This document shows, one piece after another, positions 25,492 through 38,900 of a DNA stretch of 64,000 bases. The translations under genes and the position numbers were made by a program. Location: contig NEEC01000002.1 of NCBI GenBank assembly GCA_002189035.1, positions 620,001 through 684,000 of the forward strand, given 5' to 3'. The first letter of the stretch is position 1. Each line of letters starts with the position of its first letter. The DNA is from Utricularia gibba (lineage: Eukaryota; Plantae; Magnoliophyta). Under the pieces are notes generated by a model, which was given only the letters and a program-made list of their open reading frames with translations, was not told the DNA's origin and did not search any database.

Positions 25492-28447
25492 ACTAAAATA
25501 ACACAAGAAATGAAATGAAAACTTCACCTTATGTCTCAAAACCTGCATGACTACTGCCTATTTATAGACTTCATTTTAGGTAATAAAACATATTAAAAAA
25601 TAACTTCACATAGAAAAATTAAATTAAAATGATAAATTATATAATATTAGTAATTTTTTATACTCATATTGTATTTCGAATTCTTGATTTTAATATGGTA
25701 TTAAAATGTTTTCGATTCTTAATTTCAACAAAGTAAATACATGGTTATTAGAAAATGCATTTCCATCATCTATTTTTCAAAAAATAATTTTCGATAACTA
25801 ATTTTAACAAATGTAAATCCTTTTTAATTATTAAAAATAAGAACCGTTTTTAAAATTTAATTTTTATTATATTTTATTAAAAAATATTTCAAACTTACAA
25901 GTCAAATAAAACGTCTCGAATTCTAACCATGCTCGCGCCGGAAAACCCTATCGTTTATGTAATGACCGAAGATGAAGGCAAACAGAAAGAATCAGCTAAT
26001 TATCTGGTAAGAGGATCCTTTCGCGACAAACAGAAGATAAACCCTATCATTTTATGTTATGCAGATGGATGGATGGTGCTGGCAGTGTCCGCGTCCAGTC
26101 GGAGGTGGGACGACGCGGTATCGCACTTTTGTCTGGGTTCTCCAAAATTCAAACTCCGAAACCAAGACAAAGGAGGAAGAAGACAGACAATTAACAGGAT
26201 GCAGACAGAGATTAGCGCGTAATTTATGTCGGCATGGCTTCATTATAATGTTTTTTTATTAATTGAAATAATAAAAAATACGACATGATTAATAAAATTT
26301 ACATATATAATAATATTTTGAAAAAAAATCTTTAAAAAATATATGATATTTAGTTTTAAGTTGCTTTGGAAATTATATTTTATATATCAATATTTTTTAA
26401 TAAGTTTTAAATTGAATCATATAACTAAAATTTTAAATATGATTCAAATGCACCCTAAGAAATTTTATAATTAAAATTGGATTTTTAAGTTGTAGAGATA
26501 TTCCTAAACTGTGCGTAGAAATTAATGGGCTGTCCCATTTCGGAGCGGGAAAAAAAAAAAGAGGTTCATTTATTGGGCCTAGCCCTTTTACAGGGTCAAT
26601 TTACAAAGCCCATTGGTCCAATTTGAACGTATCATGGCTAAATAATAATTACCGTGGGTGTGTTCTTTATTATGAATGTGTACTTCAGATTATTTAAAAT
26701 AGAATTTAAATTTCTGATTTTATTATATAACGATTAAATATTAAAAACCTTAAAAATTAAACAGAATCACTTCAATAAATCATATTTATTTGCAATAATG
26801 ATTATTGTATGATTAGCTTCTATTCTATACTTTTGTTGGTACCAAACCAAAACAAAAAGAAAGAAGAGCATATACGTTGTCCAACGAAAAAAACAAAATA
26901 TTTTTTGTTATATCAAGTAAAAGATACATTATAACGAAATCAACGAATCAAATAGACCATACAAATGTAGAAGTTCAACAACAAAATAATCATCGTTGAT
27001 CAAAATAAGATGATCAAAGTTCATGGATTTGTTATCATCCACCGAAGAAACCCTAACTCCGTTACAATAAAACTTGGTCTTCTCTTTGAAGGGTGGCTTA
27101 TCTTAAGTCTAGATTAGGTTCGTTTTGATTAAATCTCATTCCTAACAAATGATCCAAGCACGACACACTGTTTTAAAACACTAGACAACTGTGTGTGTCT
27201 TCTGGTGCGAGCTTGGAAGATCAAACGCGGCTGCCCAGACAGCACGTTGAATCCCATTCCCACCCATCGGAGCGCACTGCTTCTGCTGCAGAGGTGCTTA
27301 GGATTTGTGGTGGCGGTGCCGTACTTTTTGAACGGGGACCTGAAACCCTGCAAGGCGTCACTGTTGCTCTAAGCAACCTTGTGGGAACCCAACACTCTCT
27401 GCACCTGCAACTCACTGCCTGTGTGTTGTGTGTGTGTGGATGCTCACTCATCGTCAACCTTGCAATAATTCTTGGCCTCCCTCAAACTCAGACTACTGTT
27501 ACATTTATTATCACATATGCATTTATGCAAGGGAGAACTGCTCTCGCATCAGTTGGTGACATCGAAATGCAGACGAATCCCGTTCTTGTCCCATGCTTCC
27601 TCAAGAAAAGAAGACGAAAACCCTAAAACATGGATCCATTGTAACACAGAAACAGTGGGATGAAGCAACTTGCTGAGGAGGTTGGATGGATGGATGGAAA
27701 GAATGGGTGCCGTGAACAAGACCAACTGCTATACTGTTGTCGGCTTTTTATTATTATTTTTATAAAATATTATTATATAAATAATGAAAAAAATAGAATA
27801 CTTATCCACCTCCTGTCCTGGTATCCCTTTCCTCATTTATCTAAATAAAAGCCTACCTACCACAAATCGAACTTGAATAAGGCTTTGACCCGACATGGTG
27901 TTCCGACCGGTTGAGTAAAAAGTACGTGTGTTTGTACTTTTATTAAATTATTATATCATTTAATATTATAATATAAATATATTTTTAAAACAGATAAAAA
28001 TTAGATAGTATATTTTTTCTAATTAATTTCTTATTTAATCACTAAAACATATATTCAATCATTTCTAAAGTTAAATAGAATCACTTCAATTAAGTAACAT
28101 GTACTATATCTAATGTAAGATATTAAATGGTTGAAGATAAAATGCAAGGACATTACTCATGGATATTTATAATATTTTATATAAATAAAACCCTAATCGC
28201 GTTTGCATGAGTTAAATTAACACTTGCTGGTGGTGCTTAGTGGAGGGATTGAATTAATTAGTTAGGATGGGAGGAAGATGGGAACAGTTGCAGAAGGGGG
28301 GAAAAAGGAGTCTCCATTACAAAGGAAAGCAGAGGAACTTTGGGTAAGGGATGGAGATGGTGATGGTGATGATCTTCTGACGTGTATCCCTTTTGAACAC
28401 AAAACTGCCGCCTGCGAAATCGCTACTTCATTCATGAGATCTCTATT

Positions 28448-29327
28448 TCAAATGACTGTAAAGCTGTTGCCGCAGCTGCTGCTTTCTGCTTCTTCTTCTT
28501 CGTCTTCCTGTTCTTGTTTTCTGATCAAAATCTGCGTCACCCCGCTTGACCCGGAGGAGGAATCCGCCTTCTCTTTCGCCATGAAGTCGTAGAAAACAAA
28601 GCCCTGTTCTTTCCTCCTGGGTTCGGTAACGTTTCCCTTCGTGCTCCTCCTCTTCTTCAGCAGCATTCTACAGAGAACCCAAGTTTCCTGCACCATAAAA
28701 CGCTGCTCAGGGCTCCATTTCTTGGTGTAGATTGAAAACAGAGGGGTTCTAGTTTACCTCAACTGGAAGCGGAGCCAGAGTCCCCTGGCATGCTGCATTC
28801 AGTAGACGGTATTCGTGCAACACCCAATCGGTTTTACACCCTTTAGGAGGCTTCCCCAAGTAGAAAACCAGGGTTTTCTTCATCCCAACAACATGATTTC
28901 TCACAACGATCTGCTTATCCAAACCAGTAGCCTTCCAGTAACCGCCGGCGGTCGCCCTGTTGGACCGGCTTCCGTTTGGGTACTTGATCTCCTTCCTGCA
29001 GAAAAAGTACCTCTCCTGCTCCGTATCCCCTGAAGATTCACACTCGATACATCAAATGTCAATCATCAAATAATGAAGTTCAGTCACCAACTAACCCGGC
29101 AAATCCCAGGGATCAGATCTGTTGGCATCGAACTCAGGGATGATTGATGCCGGCACCGGAAAAGAAAAGACTTTGCGCCTGAGGTACTGCAACACGAGCT
29201 CCTCATCAGTGGGGTGAAATCTGAAGCCAGGAGGCAACCTGGAGATGATCGTGTTTTGGGGTTGCTCCATTTGAGTTGCAGAAACAGAGGAAGGGCGTGT
29301 GGAGCGTGGGGTGGAGCAAGACGCCAT
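28448..29327 (-). CDS. NAC transcription factor, NAC83/VNI2-like; 3 exons
   Basis: [64 protein letters not shown]; C-terminal [18 protein letters not shown]. Exons 29096-29327, 28758-29029 and 28448-28687. Confidence 0.92.
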
Positions 29328-32300
29328 CTTTATAGTGGAGGTGAGTCGCAGTTGGGGAACAGAGGGGACGCAGACAGTGGAGTTAAATGGACATAAGCAA
29401 GCCAAGGGAACCGCATATGTTGCGTGAACGGGACTCAATTCAAAAGATCATCGACTTCGATCACAACAAGGAAGAAGATAAACAACCCTTTTTATTTTTA
29501 TTTTTTTAAAGAGGAAAAGTCATTAATTGGGAAAAAGGGTATTTTAAAAAATATTATCTGACGTGGCTCCATGGGCCCCAATAATGAAAGGTGAATTCCT
29601 ACTGCATGCAGCAGGAATTACGTGTTTGCCCCCGTACGCTTCCCTCTTTGTCTCGTGTCGTTTTCGATTTGCCCGTTTACGGTAATCCAATCCACCAAAA
29701 CATGCAATCGAACAACACACGGACAAAAGCACGAAAAGGGAAAACAAAAGAGGGTTTTTTACCTGACGGTCGGAATTCTAACAATAGATATTTTAGCGGT
29801 TGTTCGGTAATCAAAAACGACGGAACGGCTATTCCTTTCCTAGAGAGCTAAAATAGCTACTAAAAAAATAACACGTGTTAGTAAATATTGACATAAATTT
29901 AATATATTGCAAATTTTATTATTATTGTAAAAAATAGAATGTACTAGGAGGGTATTTTAGTACTTAAATAAATTCTATTATAATATGTTTTTAGTATCCT
30001 TTTTTTAAAGGTTTTTTATAAGTTCAATTTTCTAATTAATTCCACACATATTTATCCATATAATGTGATAGTCCCACATGTGTTTGTTGCATGGTGTGGA
30101 GTGTGTGTTTTACTTTTTCAAATAGAATTAAAAATGATTAAATTTAAGAAATATCAACCCAAGAAATGATAGAATTAATTTAAATGAATCTAATATCAAT
30201 TATGAATGGAACAAAATGACGATTTTTATAGAATCATTAAGTTTTTCTCCCAAAATAGAGAATATAAAATTGTGAAGATTAGATTCACCAAATCTACAAT
30301 ATCGTGCATTGATATTAATTGGATTAGAAAATAATGGGGTAGGGGGTCGGGGCGCCAAGAAAACAACAAGGATTGATCAACGTTTTTTGTTGAAGGGGAA
30401 AAGGGAGTCAAAAGCGTTTGCGTGTGGGGGAGTGGAAAGACGGGGACGACACGAGACAGCCCCAGACGTCAAAACCAGCCAATCATCTCATCTCATTCAA
30501 TCCACCCAAATCTTTCGCTTTCTGTGGAGTTGGGTATTGGATTTGGGTACCACCCACAACCAAAACACACCCCCATTTCCATTATGGCACCCAGACATCC
30601 CATTCATCATTCACATTCATGAAGCAACAATAGGTGCTATTTGGCACCATCCAATGATCCGCCCTATCACGTAATGGATGATTCATTTGAGTGGGAAAAG
30701 GGAGAGGAGAATTTCAAGTGCAACGAATCACTGACTTCGCATCACACTCGTCTCTCAATGATTATAAACCAAATTTGATTTCTGCTCGAAATTAAATTTT
30801 TGATGAATCGAATTAATATACATAAAATTCAAATACATAATAAACGTTAATCCTATTTAAAAAAATTAGATCTAATCAATTATTGATAATTTAATATACT
30901 TAACTATTTTACTTTACATGAAAAATTAGTTGTTGTAATACATCGCATTGTCTCATCCGTGTGCTGATCCGGTGAAGCGGGCCTGGGCTTCTCCGAATCA
31001 GGGATACCTATTTTGGGCCCTCAAAGAAATCCAGTCTATCCCAGAGCTTTCCCAGCCCAATACGCCTTCCGATGGCTGCTTCCTCTGTCGAACCTGCTTC
31101 TTTTGCCCCACTCACGACCTGCCTGCGCAGTGCCCAAGACACACACACGCACACACGGAGCCAGAGGCAGAGGCTTTTGATTTTCCGGCAGGCTCCACTT
31201 GCACGTTCTAATTTTCCGGCGGGAAGAACCGGGCGGGGCGACGGAAATAAATGCCGGGGAGGCGCACGTGACTAGGGAGGGTGAAAAAATAATGCAGTTG
31301 TCATTGATGTGGCTACCGAACCCACAACGGATTTGCATGCGCGCTGTTGCGGGGTTGGGTTCCATCGTCCCATTCCGTAGACATTATTGCATGGGATTAT
31401 TTACTTCATTCATGCCACATTCACATACACATTAATTGAACCCACTTCGGCCCCCCCACTCTCCATCTCGCACCCCCACCCCCACAAAATAACAATACAA
31501 ACTAATATTATCCAGATTAATAATTTATTATCAAATATAAATGAATTTTAATCCAAAAAATTAGAAATATAAAAACATTGTCTCAACTTTTATTTTGGAA
31601 ATGGGTATCATAAGATTTTCTACAATTAAGTATATTATTAATAATCTACATAGTATGGGTACGGGTACATCATTAGTATTGATATGAAGATATGCATACG
31701 ATAAATTTAAAAGTATATTATTAACATATGACTACGATATATTTATTTAAAATTTATTATTGTTGTTGATAATTGATAATAACGTAAAAAAATATTGTTG
31801 GATAAGAGTATCAATCCAATCGTCATAGGGGACAAAACCAAACGACACATGTTGATTCAAAGAAACCATATAAACAATTTAATATTTTTTTAATAATAGC
31901 AATGTATCTAGATGCATCCCTATACCCATATATAATGGATAACTTCAAAGCACAAAACACAAGTATTCCTGCTTTACATTTGATAATCAATTGAAATTAT
32001 TTTTTTATAATATGATTTACATTTTTTATATATTTGAGTTTATACAAGGGATCGTCCCATTTATCATATACTAATATACTTAATTTGTTACAAAAAATTA
32101 TTCGGGGTGTCCGTACGGGGGGTTAGCTTTTTAGGTGGAGTTAAAAGTGTAGAATTCAGTTGAAAGGCGTTGGGTGGGATTAATAGTTCAAAGTGTTCAC
32201 CGGTGCGGCGCCGTACACCGCCGCATCAGAATCACCGTGAGTCACGAGGGCGTGTCCCCACTTCAGTGGACAAATATCTATCGAGACGATGAAATGCCGA

Positions 32301-34109
32301 CTGGATTAATCCCACCGCCATTTTACGCCTCATTAAATACATAATTTATTTTACTCAGCAACAAATTCTCAATTATTGATCTTCCTATTTCAAAATCATT
32401 TTTTAATAAAATAAAAAATTGAAAAACCACGACGACGACAGGCATGTGTGAGGAGGACCTAATTGCAAAAACCAGAATCTGCAGTGGCGTCATGTCCTGC
32501 TCCTGCGTGCGTCACTGCAGAGAAGTGTCGATCCCTCAATTTCTTTAATTCTCTGATTCACCCCTCCGGACATTTAAAAAAGCACCCACCAAAATTTATT
32601 ATTTTCCCTTGCTTGGAGGGGAAATTCAATTTCCAACATTAATGACCCACGGCCGCCCAACACATCAATCCACATTCATTTTCATTTCTTTTTTTTTTTC
32701 ATTTTTTTTTTCAAACATTTACCTTATCCAGTTTTAATCAAATTCCCCACACACATATCATAAAATAATCAATTTTCCAATTCATCTATTTTCACAAGGA
32801 ATACAGAACTATATTCAATGTAGAACATAATCAATTTTAAAATTATGTGAATAGAATCAAATTTGATATTATAAAATTATTTTGTATAATACTATAAAAT
32901 TTAATAAAATAAAAATATATATTACAACGTCTAACTTACTAATTTATTATGTAATGTAATTTTTATTATATAAATATATTTTTAAAATAAATAAAATTGA
33001 ATATATTATAAATTTTCTAATTAATATTTTATTTAATCATTAAACATACAAATTCAAAAAATTCAAAAATTTTTTAATCAATCACAAATTTTGAATTTCT
33101 AACTTTATTATAACAATTTTAAAAAAAATTACTAATTCTTTTCACAAATTTTGAAAAGAATCACTTCATATATAACAAACCCTTTATATGTAAACAATGA
33201 AATTACTAATCACACCACAACCTAACCCTTTTTTGCTTTTTATTATGGTTTTGCATTTAGGGTTTAGGGTTTTTTAAGTAGGTGATAGTTGATGTTGCTA
33301 GTGCAGTACGGTCGCTCTTAAAGGAAGGAGAATTTATTTTGGTAGAGCTACGGGGGCAATAATGTCCAGAGACGTTACTCTATAGCAACATTAATAGTCT
33401 CCGGAGCGAGGTCGCGCCCCCGACATTCAATTCTCTACCTAAAACCATGCCTTATGCTCGCATTTTTGGAGCAGAAGCTGCTCCTGTTAGGTTTAATCGG
33501 GTTGATAATGCAGTTCAAACTCGGGGTTGGTGTGTGAGGCAGTGCATGTGGGGGGGAGTGACGCAACTGGGCTTCAGAAGTCGTCGTCTCTGACGTCAGC
33601 CACATTTATAGTATGTGGTATAGATCGATGCCCCCAATTTAATGTAATTCAAGCATTAGAATCAAAAGCAGTTGAAGGAGTGAGTAGTGATTTAAGGAGT
33701 TTGGTCCTCACCTAAATGTGCACCCTCATCCTCTCATGCTTGGTTCCCGCTTTCGAACCAGTTGAGTGAAATGGTGGTCATGGTGAAGGCAAAGGTGGAA
33801 GAAAGAATGAATCTTGTTTTGGGTTGGGTTGGGATATTTGGGGTTTGGGGTTTAGGGTTTTTGAAATGAAATTAGGGTATGGGTGACATTATGGGAGTCA
33901 GAGTATGTCGTGGGGGTTCTTGTAATAAAGTCTGTGTTTGAATGCGTTACGCATTTGCCCCTGCTGGTTTCTGGTAGAGGACTACTATATATACGTGGTG
34001 CTTGTGTTTGTGAAGTGAGTATCCTCGGACGACAGCGGCTTCCTGCATCACGACAAATTTCAATTCCAATCCGGATTTCCGATTGTCTTGAGGAAGAGGG
34101 GTGCTTGAG

Positions 34110-34496
34110 ATGAGTAGTAAAAGTAGTGCCACGAGCAGTTTGTACAGTTTGCCGTCGTCCAGGGCGCCGGCAACGGTGGACGCGATGGAGAGGGTGGTGC
34201 GGCTGGCGTCCGGCAGCGCGGTGGTTATATTCAGCATGAGCAGTTGTTGTATGTGCCATGCGGTGAAGAGGCTGTTTTGCGGGATGGGAGTGAACCCGAC
34301 GGTGTACGAGTTGGACCACGATCCAAGGGGTAAGGAATTGGAGAGGGCGCTGTCCAGGCTCCTCGGCGGATCCTCCGCCGTGCCGGTGGTGTTCATCGGA
34401 GGGAAGCTCGTCGGCGCCATGGACAGAGTCATGGCGTCCCATATCAACGGCACGCTCGTCCCACTTCTCAAGGAAGCGGGAGCCCTCTGGCTCTGA
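34110..34496 (+). CDS. CC-type glutaredoxin (ROXY1/ROXY2-like); intronless
   Basis: Active site [12 protein letters not shown], and C-terminal LxxL plus ALWL TGA-interaction motifs. Confidence 0.95.
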   Translation: MSSKSSATSSLYSLPSSRAPATVDAMERVVRLASGSAVVIFSMSSCCMCHAVKRLFCGMGVNPTVYELDHDPRGKELERALSRLLGGSSAVPVVFIGGKLVGAMDRVMASHINGTLVPLLKEAGALWL

Positions 34497-34974
34497 GTTG
34501 CTGCTGCACCTCCTCCCTTCATAACTCTATAGTGATTAGTAATAACACTAGTTGCATAATTTTCTTTTCTTTTACTTTCTGGGTTGCTCTGTCTTCAATA
34601 TCTCATCAATAGCAAGCTCCTTCATCCACCCAAGCCCTTCTTCAACCCCCATATTATAAAATGTGTTAAAAGAATACAGAGGCTGCAGATGTCGCTGGGG
34701 AGTCAGAGATATTTTGGGAAACAAAAGCAGCCCGCCAACAAGATAAACGGTCAAAGTCACCGGGAACAACAAGATGAGCTCCCTGTTTTACCCATCGCTG
34801 CTGGTTTTGCCTCTGCATCAAGCTCTAGATCAATGTCAATGAAGAAAGGATATAGCTCCTGATGCAAACTATTTCAGAGGAGCTGTTAATGGTGCAGGGG
34901 CTGTATCTGATAATGAAGAAAGATTATAGCAAATCTAGCAGTAGAAACAAGCTTTGAAAACTCCATTTGGGGTA

Positions 34975-36860
34975 TCAGCCATTGACGCCGAGACCACCCC
35001 ATCTTACACTGAATCGGGCGGCGATGTACTGCGCATCCACAGGTCCTTGGCTATAAAGAGCGACCAGGCAGCATCGAGCTTGTCGCTTCTGATACAGAGT
35101 CTCCTCTCATACGCATCTGGTATCTCTCCTTTGAGTATCTGATCATAGATGTTAAAAGTTCCTTCGAGTCTCCACTCATACGCCAACTTTCTTTGAATTG
35201 AAGATTCAGGTAGTTGCTGTCCAATCTCATCCCCAACCCAGGGACCTTGCTGTTGACCTTCAGATACATGGCTTCGTCTGGTTGAACAAGGATGACCAGT
35301 TCATTGGTGGCGCGATCGAGATTGTCAAATAGTGCGCCAGGAGCAGCAATCGGCTTAAGTGATTCCTCATTTTGTGTGGCTTTTGTACTGTCCGATCACC
35401 ATGTCACAGAGAACAACCGGCTATGCCGAGCGCAAAACTTTAAACTGTCACCAGAGTTGAATCATGAATCAGTTCCACCATGCCAAATGAAATGAGTGCA
35501 TATGCAACAGCGGAGAGAGTAAACCTTTTCATTTCTTATATCTTCTGCTTCCAGACTAACAGGTGTTACCAGGGCAAACAGAGCAAGAATTTGAAGCAAA
35601 TGGTTTTGCATTATGTCTCTAATTATTCTATAATGGTCAAAGCAACTGGTAAGAGACACAACATGATTAATGAGCCAGTGCGTAGGTACTCCCTTGACCA
35701 CAGAGGCTCAAAAATAAGGATAGACAACCGGAGAATACAAAGGTTTCCCACGAGCTCCTTTCCAAGATAATGATCTATCCTGAAAGAAGGTGAAACCATA
35801 AACTCATTAATATAAACATAGAAACAAAAACATTAGAAAAAGAATGAACCAGAAAATTTTGTTCTCCTGTTATGGATTGCTTGAGGGCATCGGGTAAAGT
35901 GACTGATGAATCACTATCCCGTCAAAAAGTTTTCTCAACAATGAATCACCCTTATCCAGCCATTAGCAGAAGATGCAGAGCGGCTTGCACATCTTATTGC
36001 ATCAATAAAAATGTTTGGTGGAATAGATAAATAAAAAAGTCGATGTGAAACGTTTTAACCTTACAGAAACAAGAAATATTACAGTCATCAGCGATACTAA
36101 GACGCATTAGCAACACACCAAACACTAGTGAAAAAGACTACGATGCCAAAGACAAAACATGCTTGATTGAGCGCTTGAAAAAGAAAAAGGGTCAAAAAGA
36201 TGGCTAAGCACTAGCCATGCCGCAGATACTGTGATACAAATGGAGAAGAAGTACCGCATGCCCCTGAAGATTTGTATAGAGCTCCATGAAATTTTCTCGG
36301 GAGTCATATTGGCCGGAATTATAAAAACACTTTTCAAGAAACTGCTCCATCTTTCCAACGCAACTTTCTCTGTACAAGCAATGAAGCAAAAATCAAAAGC
36401 AGGATCCACCATCACGAACTTTTCCCTGCAAAGATTTAATAAAATCATTAGGGAAGAAAAGCTTGGATTGTGAAGTTCCTTTTGTCAATTACGCAGAAGC
36501 ATACACCACGATTCAATTTCAACCATACGAAACCACCCCCAGTCCAAAAACAGCCAAAGAAAATAAGAACCTTGAGATTCTGAACAAATAGAAGGGAAAT
36601 AAAACGAACCATCTTGCATGAGGATTGATCGAGATAAAGAACCACTTTCTTTTATCCTACTCTTCTCCTCGAAACCATTGTAAGCAAGTTGATTCTGCGA
36701 TCCAACTGACGACGAAGTGGGATATGCTGATTACGAACAACAATGATTCGTTGGGGCAATTGAATCCATATCCTCGCCCTTCACACCCACCCCACAATCC
36801 AACTCTGCAGATCCCATTCCTTTCCATCAGGATCAAAGCTCACTCATGAAACATTACAGT
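34975..36860 (-). pseudogene. Unprocessed pseudogene of plastidic glucose-6-phosphate dehydrogenase (G6PD2/3 type)
   Basis: Collinear fragments in shifting frames: LMQDG| (about 36610), [120 protein letters not shown]. Contains stops, frameshifts and deletions; intron remnants are retained. The 5' limit is approximate. Confidence 0.9.
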
Positions 36861-37004
36861 AGAACATGAAGAGCTGGTGCCTGCGGGCTCTCGATGGATC
36901 TCAAGGGTTGCATTTATACATACTTTCTTGTACTCTCACGTCATCGGCTTCTGAACGTCAAGGCTCCGACGTTTATTCCCTCAGCAAATAATCAGTACAA
37001 CGCA

Positions 37005-37163
37005 TGGGCCTCAGCCCAAAACACAAAACGTAACCGGCCCATTGTAAGCCCATATTCAATATGATCGCATACCATACCAGTCCACGTGGTCATATATGCC
37101 TCTCAGCCACATGGGCCCAACGAGTGGGGTTTCCCATATGTGGGCCCACGCATGAAAAGCCCA
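37005..37163. promoter_or_regulatory. Dense Site II (TGGGCY) cluster with one G-box
   Basis: TGGGCC, GGCCCA or AGCCCA at 37005, 37013, 37036, 37047, 37112, 37141 and 37158; CACGTG at 37083. Confidence 0.6.
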
Positions 37164-38900
37164 CTCTTTAATAAGAATAGTAATATCTTATAAAATTTCT
37201 TTTTATTTTCATTACCAATTTACTGCATAACATTTAATACTTTAACCAACATTTTATTCAGAATAATTTAGCTGGAGTAATTTCAAAATATTTATTTTAA
37301 CTATTTATAAATCATTTTTTACAATAAAAAATTAAAAGCTTGGATGCTGTCATTATTTCCAGCATAGAAAGTCTAAGGTGACAAATAATACTAACAATAG
37401 GACCCCAAAATCTACACACTTGCGATGGTCAAAACGCAAATTTAGTAGAATTAACAAACATTGATGGATTTCCTGAGAATTTCAAAGCTTTTGACATCAG
37501 ATTTTCAACACAAGTAACTGATGCACTTTGTGTTGGCCGGCCGGCCCCCTGAATCCCCTACACAAGCTCCAAACCGCCCGCCCACATGGCCGCCGGCCGA
37601 CCGTGAACTGGATCCACACACCCACCCACCAGCCGCGCCGCCCCGAGCCCGTGGAGCTCCCATCTCAGCACGCCGGCAAGCCCATTCGCGGGAGAAGAAG
37701 AAGAAGCAGAAGAAGGCCACCTGGGCATTATTGAGCGGATTCCGTTCGAGCCGTACGAAGTGGTTTAATTGCAAGAGAAAATCATGGAGGTGCGATGTTT
37801 GTCAATCGTGTATCTGAGAAAGTCAAGTCGGGCAATTTATGGGTATTGTGTAAGAAGACAAAAGCGAGTGTAGGGAGGAGGTTGAAGGGAAATTAAAATA
37901 AAATATTGCATGATTATTGCCTACGTGGAAACCGGGCTCCTCCGGCATCAACTTGGACTGATTCGTCTCCCTCCGCCGCTCCCCGATTCAACACCACAAT
38001 CTCCAGACGCCCCCTTCTCCGGATCCGATCGTCTCCTACCTTGATCCCCCCGGACTTCTTCTATTAATACTACCTTCCCACTTACTGCTTTAATCCCTTC
38101 TCATCATGCCTTCATTTGGCAGGAAAACTATAATTGAACAAGCAATTCTATATCTTAATTTAAAAATGAAATAATCAATTATGTAACAAATTACATATTA
38201 TTAGTAATTGATTAAACTTAATATTTTTTTAATATAATTCATGTTTATTATATATTTTAACTTCATTTATATTTGATTGATCTATCAAATCTTGAATTTC
38301 AATATAATATCAGAACATTTATAATATCATAGCATTTACTTTAAAACATGATTTGGATAGTCAATATGGATTTCATGCTGATTAAAAAAAAAGTTGTATA
38401 GGACTTAAATGATAAAAATTAAATTAAACTATAATTTGTATATTTATACAATCATACAAATAAACAAGTTTTAACCGGATCAAAAACTAGTTTGATTTGA
38501 AGATGTATTAAAACATATAATATTACATCACGATTAATTTTTAATATGATTCATATTTTTTATGTACTTAAATTTCATGTATTATTGTAATACTCATTGA
38601 ATACTTAATTTCAACACTCACTATTTTCAAACCACATCACTTTTATATTTCTATTCATATATCAACATGAAAAATGGATATTGAGGATTATCAATTTTAT
38701 CATGCATTATTTCCAAATCAGTGAAAACAGGGTGTACTTGTTGTACGTATCTCTTGCAAGTGAAACTAGGGATGCAATCTACCACAAGTCAGATGTAGCC
38801 ATTAAGAGCAGAGAGGGTCAATTTGATTCACTACAAGTTTGAGGGTTGAGGCGAGGCGAGGCGAGGAGAAACCATTCCGGTCCACAGCACAGCAACTTCA

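Noticed and set aside
27129-27430. DVL/RTFL-like peptide or a miR530-like hairpin
   Set aside because: The RxRLYIIRRC core is absent, and manual pairing gave only about 13 interrupted bp, too weak for a miRNA precursor.
33256-33269. Two TTTAGGG telomeric units, plus telo-box-like AAACCCTA at about 1544 and 28188
   Set aside because: Too short for an interstitial telomeric array; ordinary telo-box motifs.
33852-34522. 196-aa and 191-aa minus-strand ORFs
   Set aside because: Antisense to the GC-rich ROXY CDS.
37521-37817. Pro-rich 98-aa ORF upstream of WRKY
   Set aside because: Low-complexity product of a GC island with no domain; more likely regulatory DNA.
560-38700. AT-rich blocks (e.g. 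560-1500, 5740-6220, 20760-21100, 25580-26500, 32780-33200, 38150-38700) as MITEs or transposons
   Set aside because: I could not find terminal inverted repeats, target-site duplications or transposase/RT fragments by eye.
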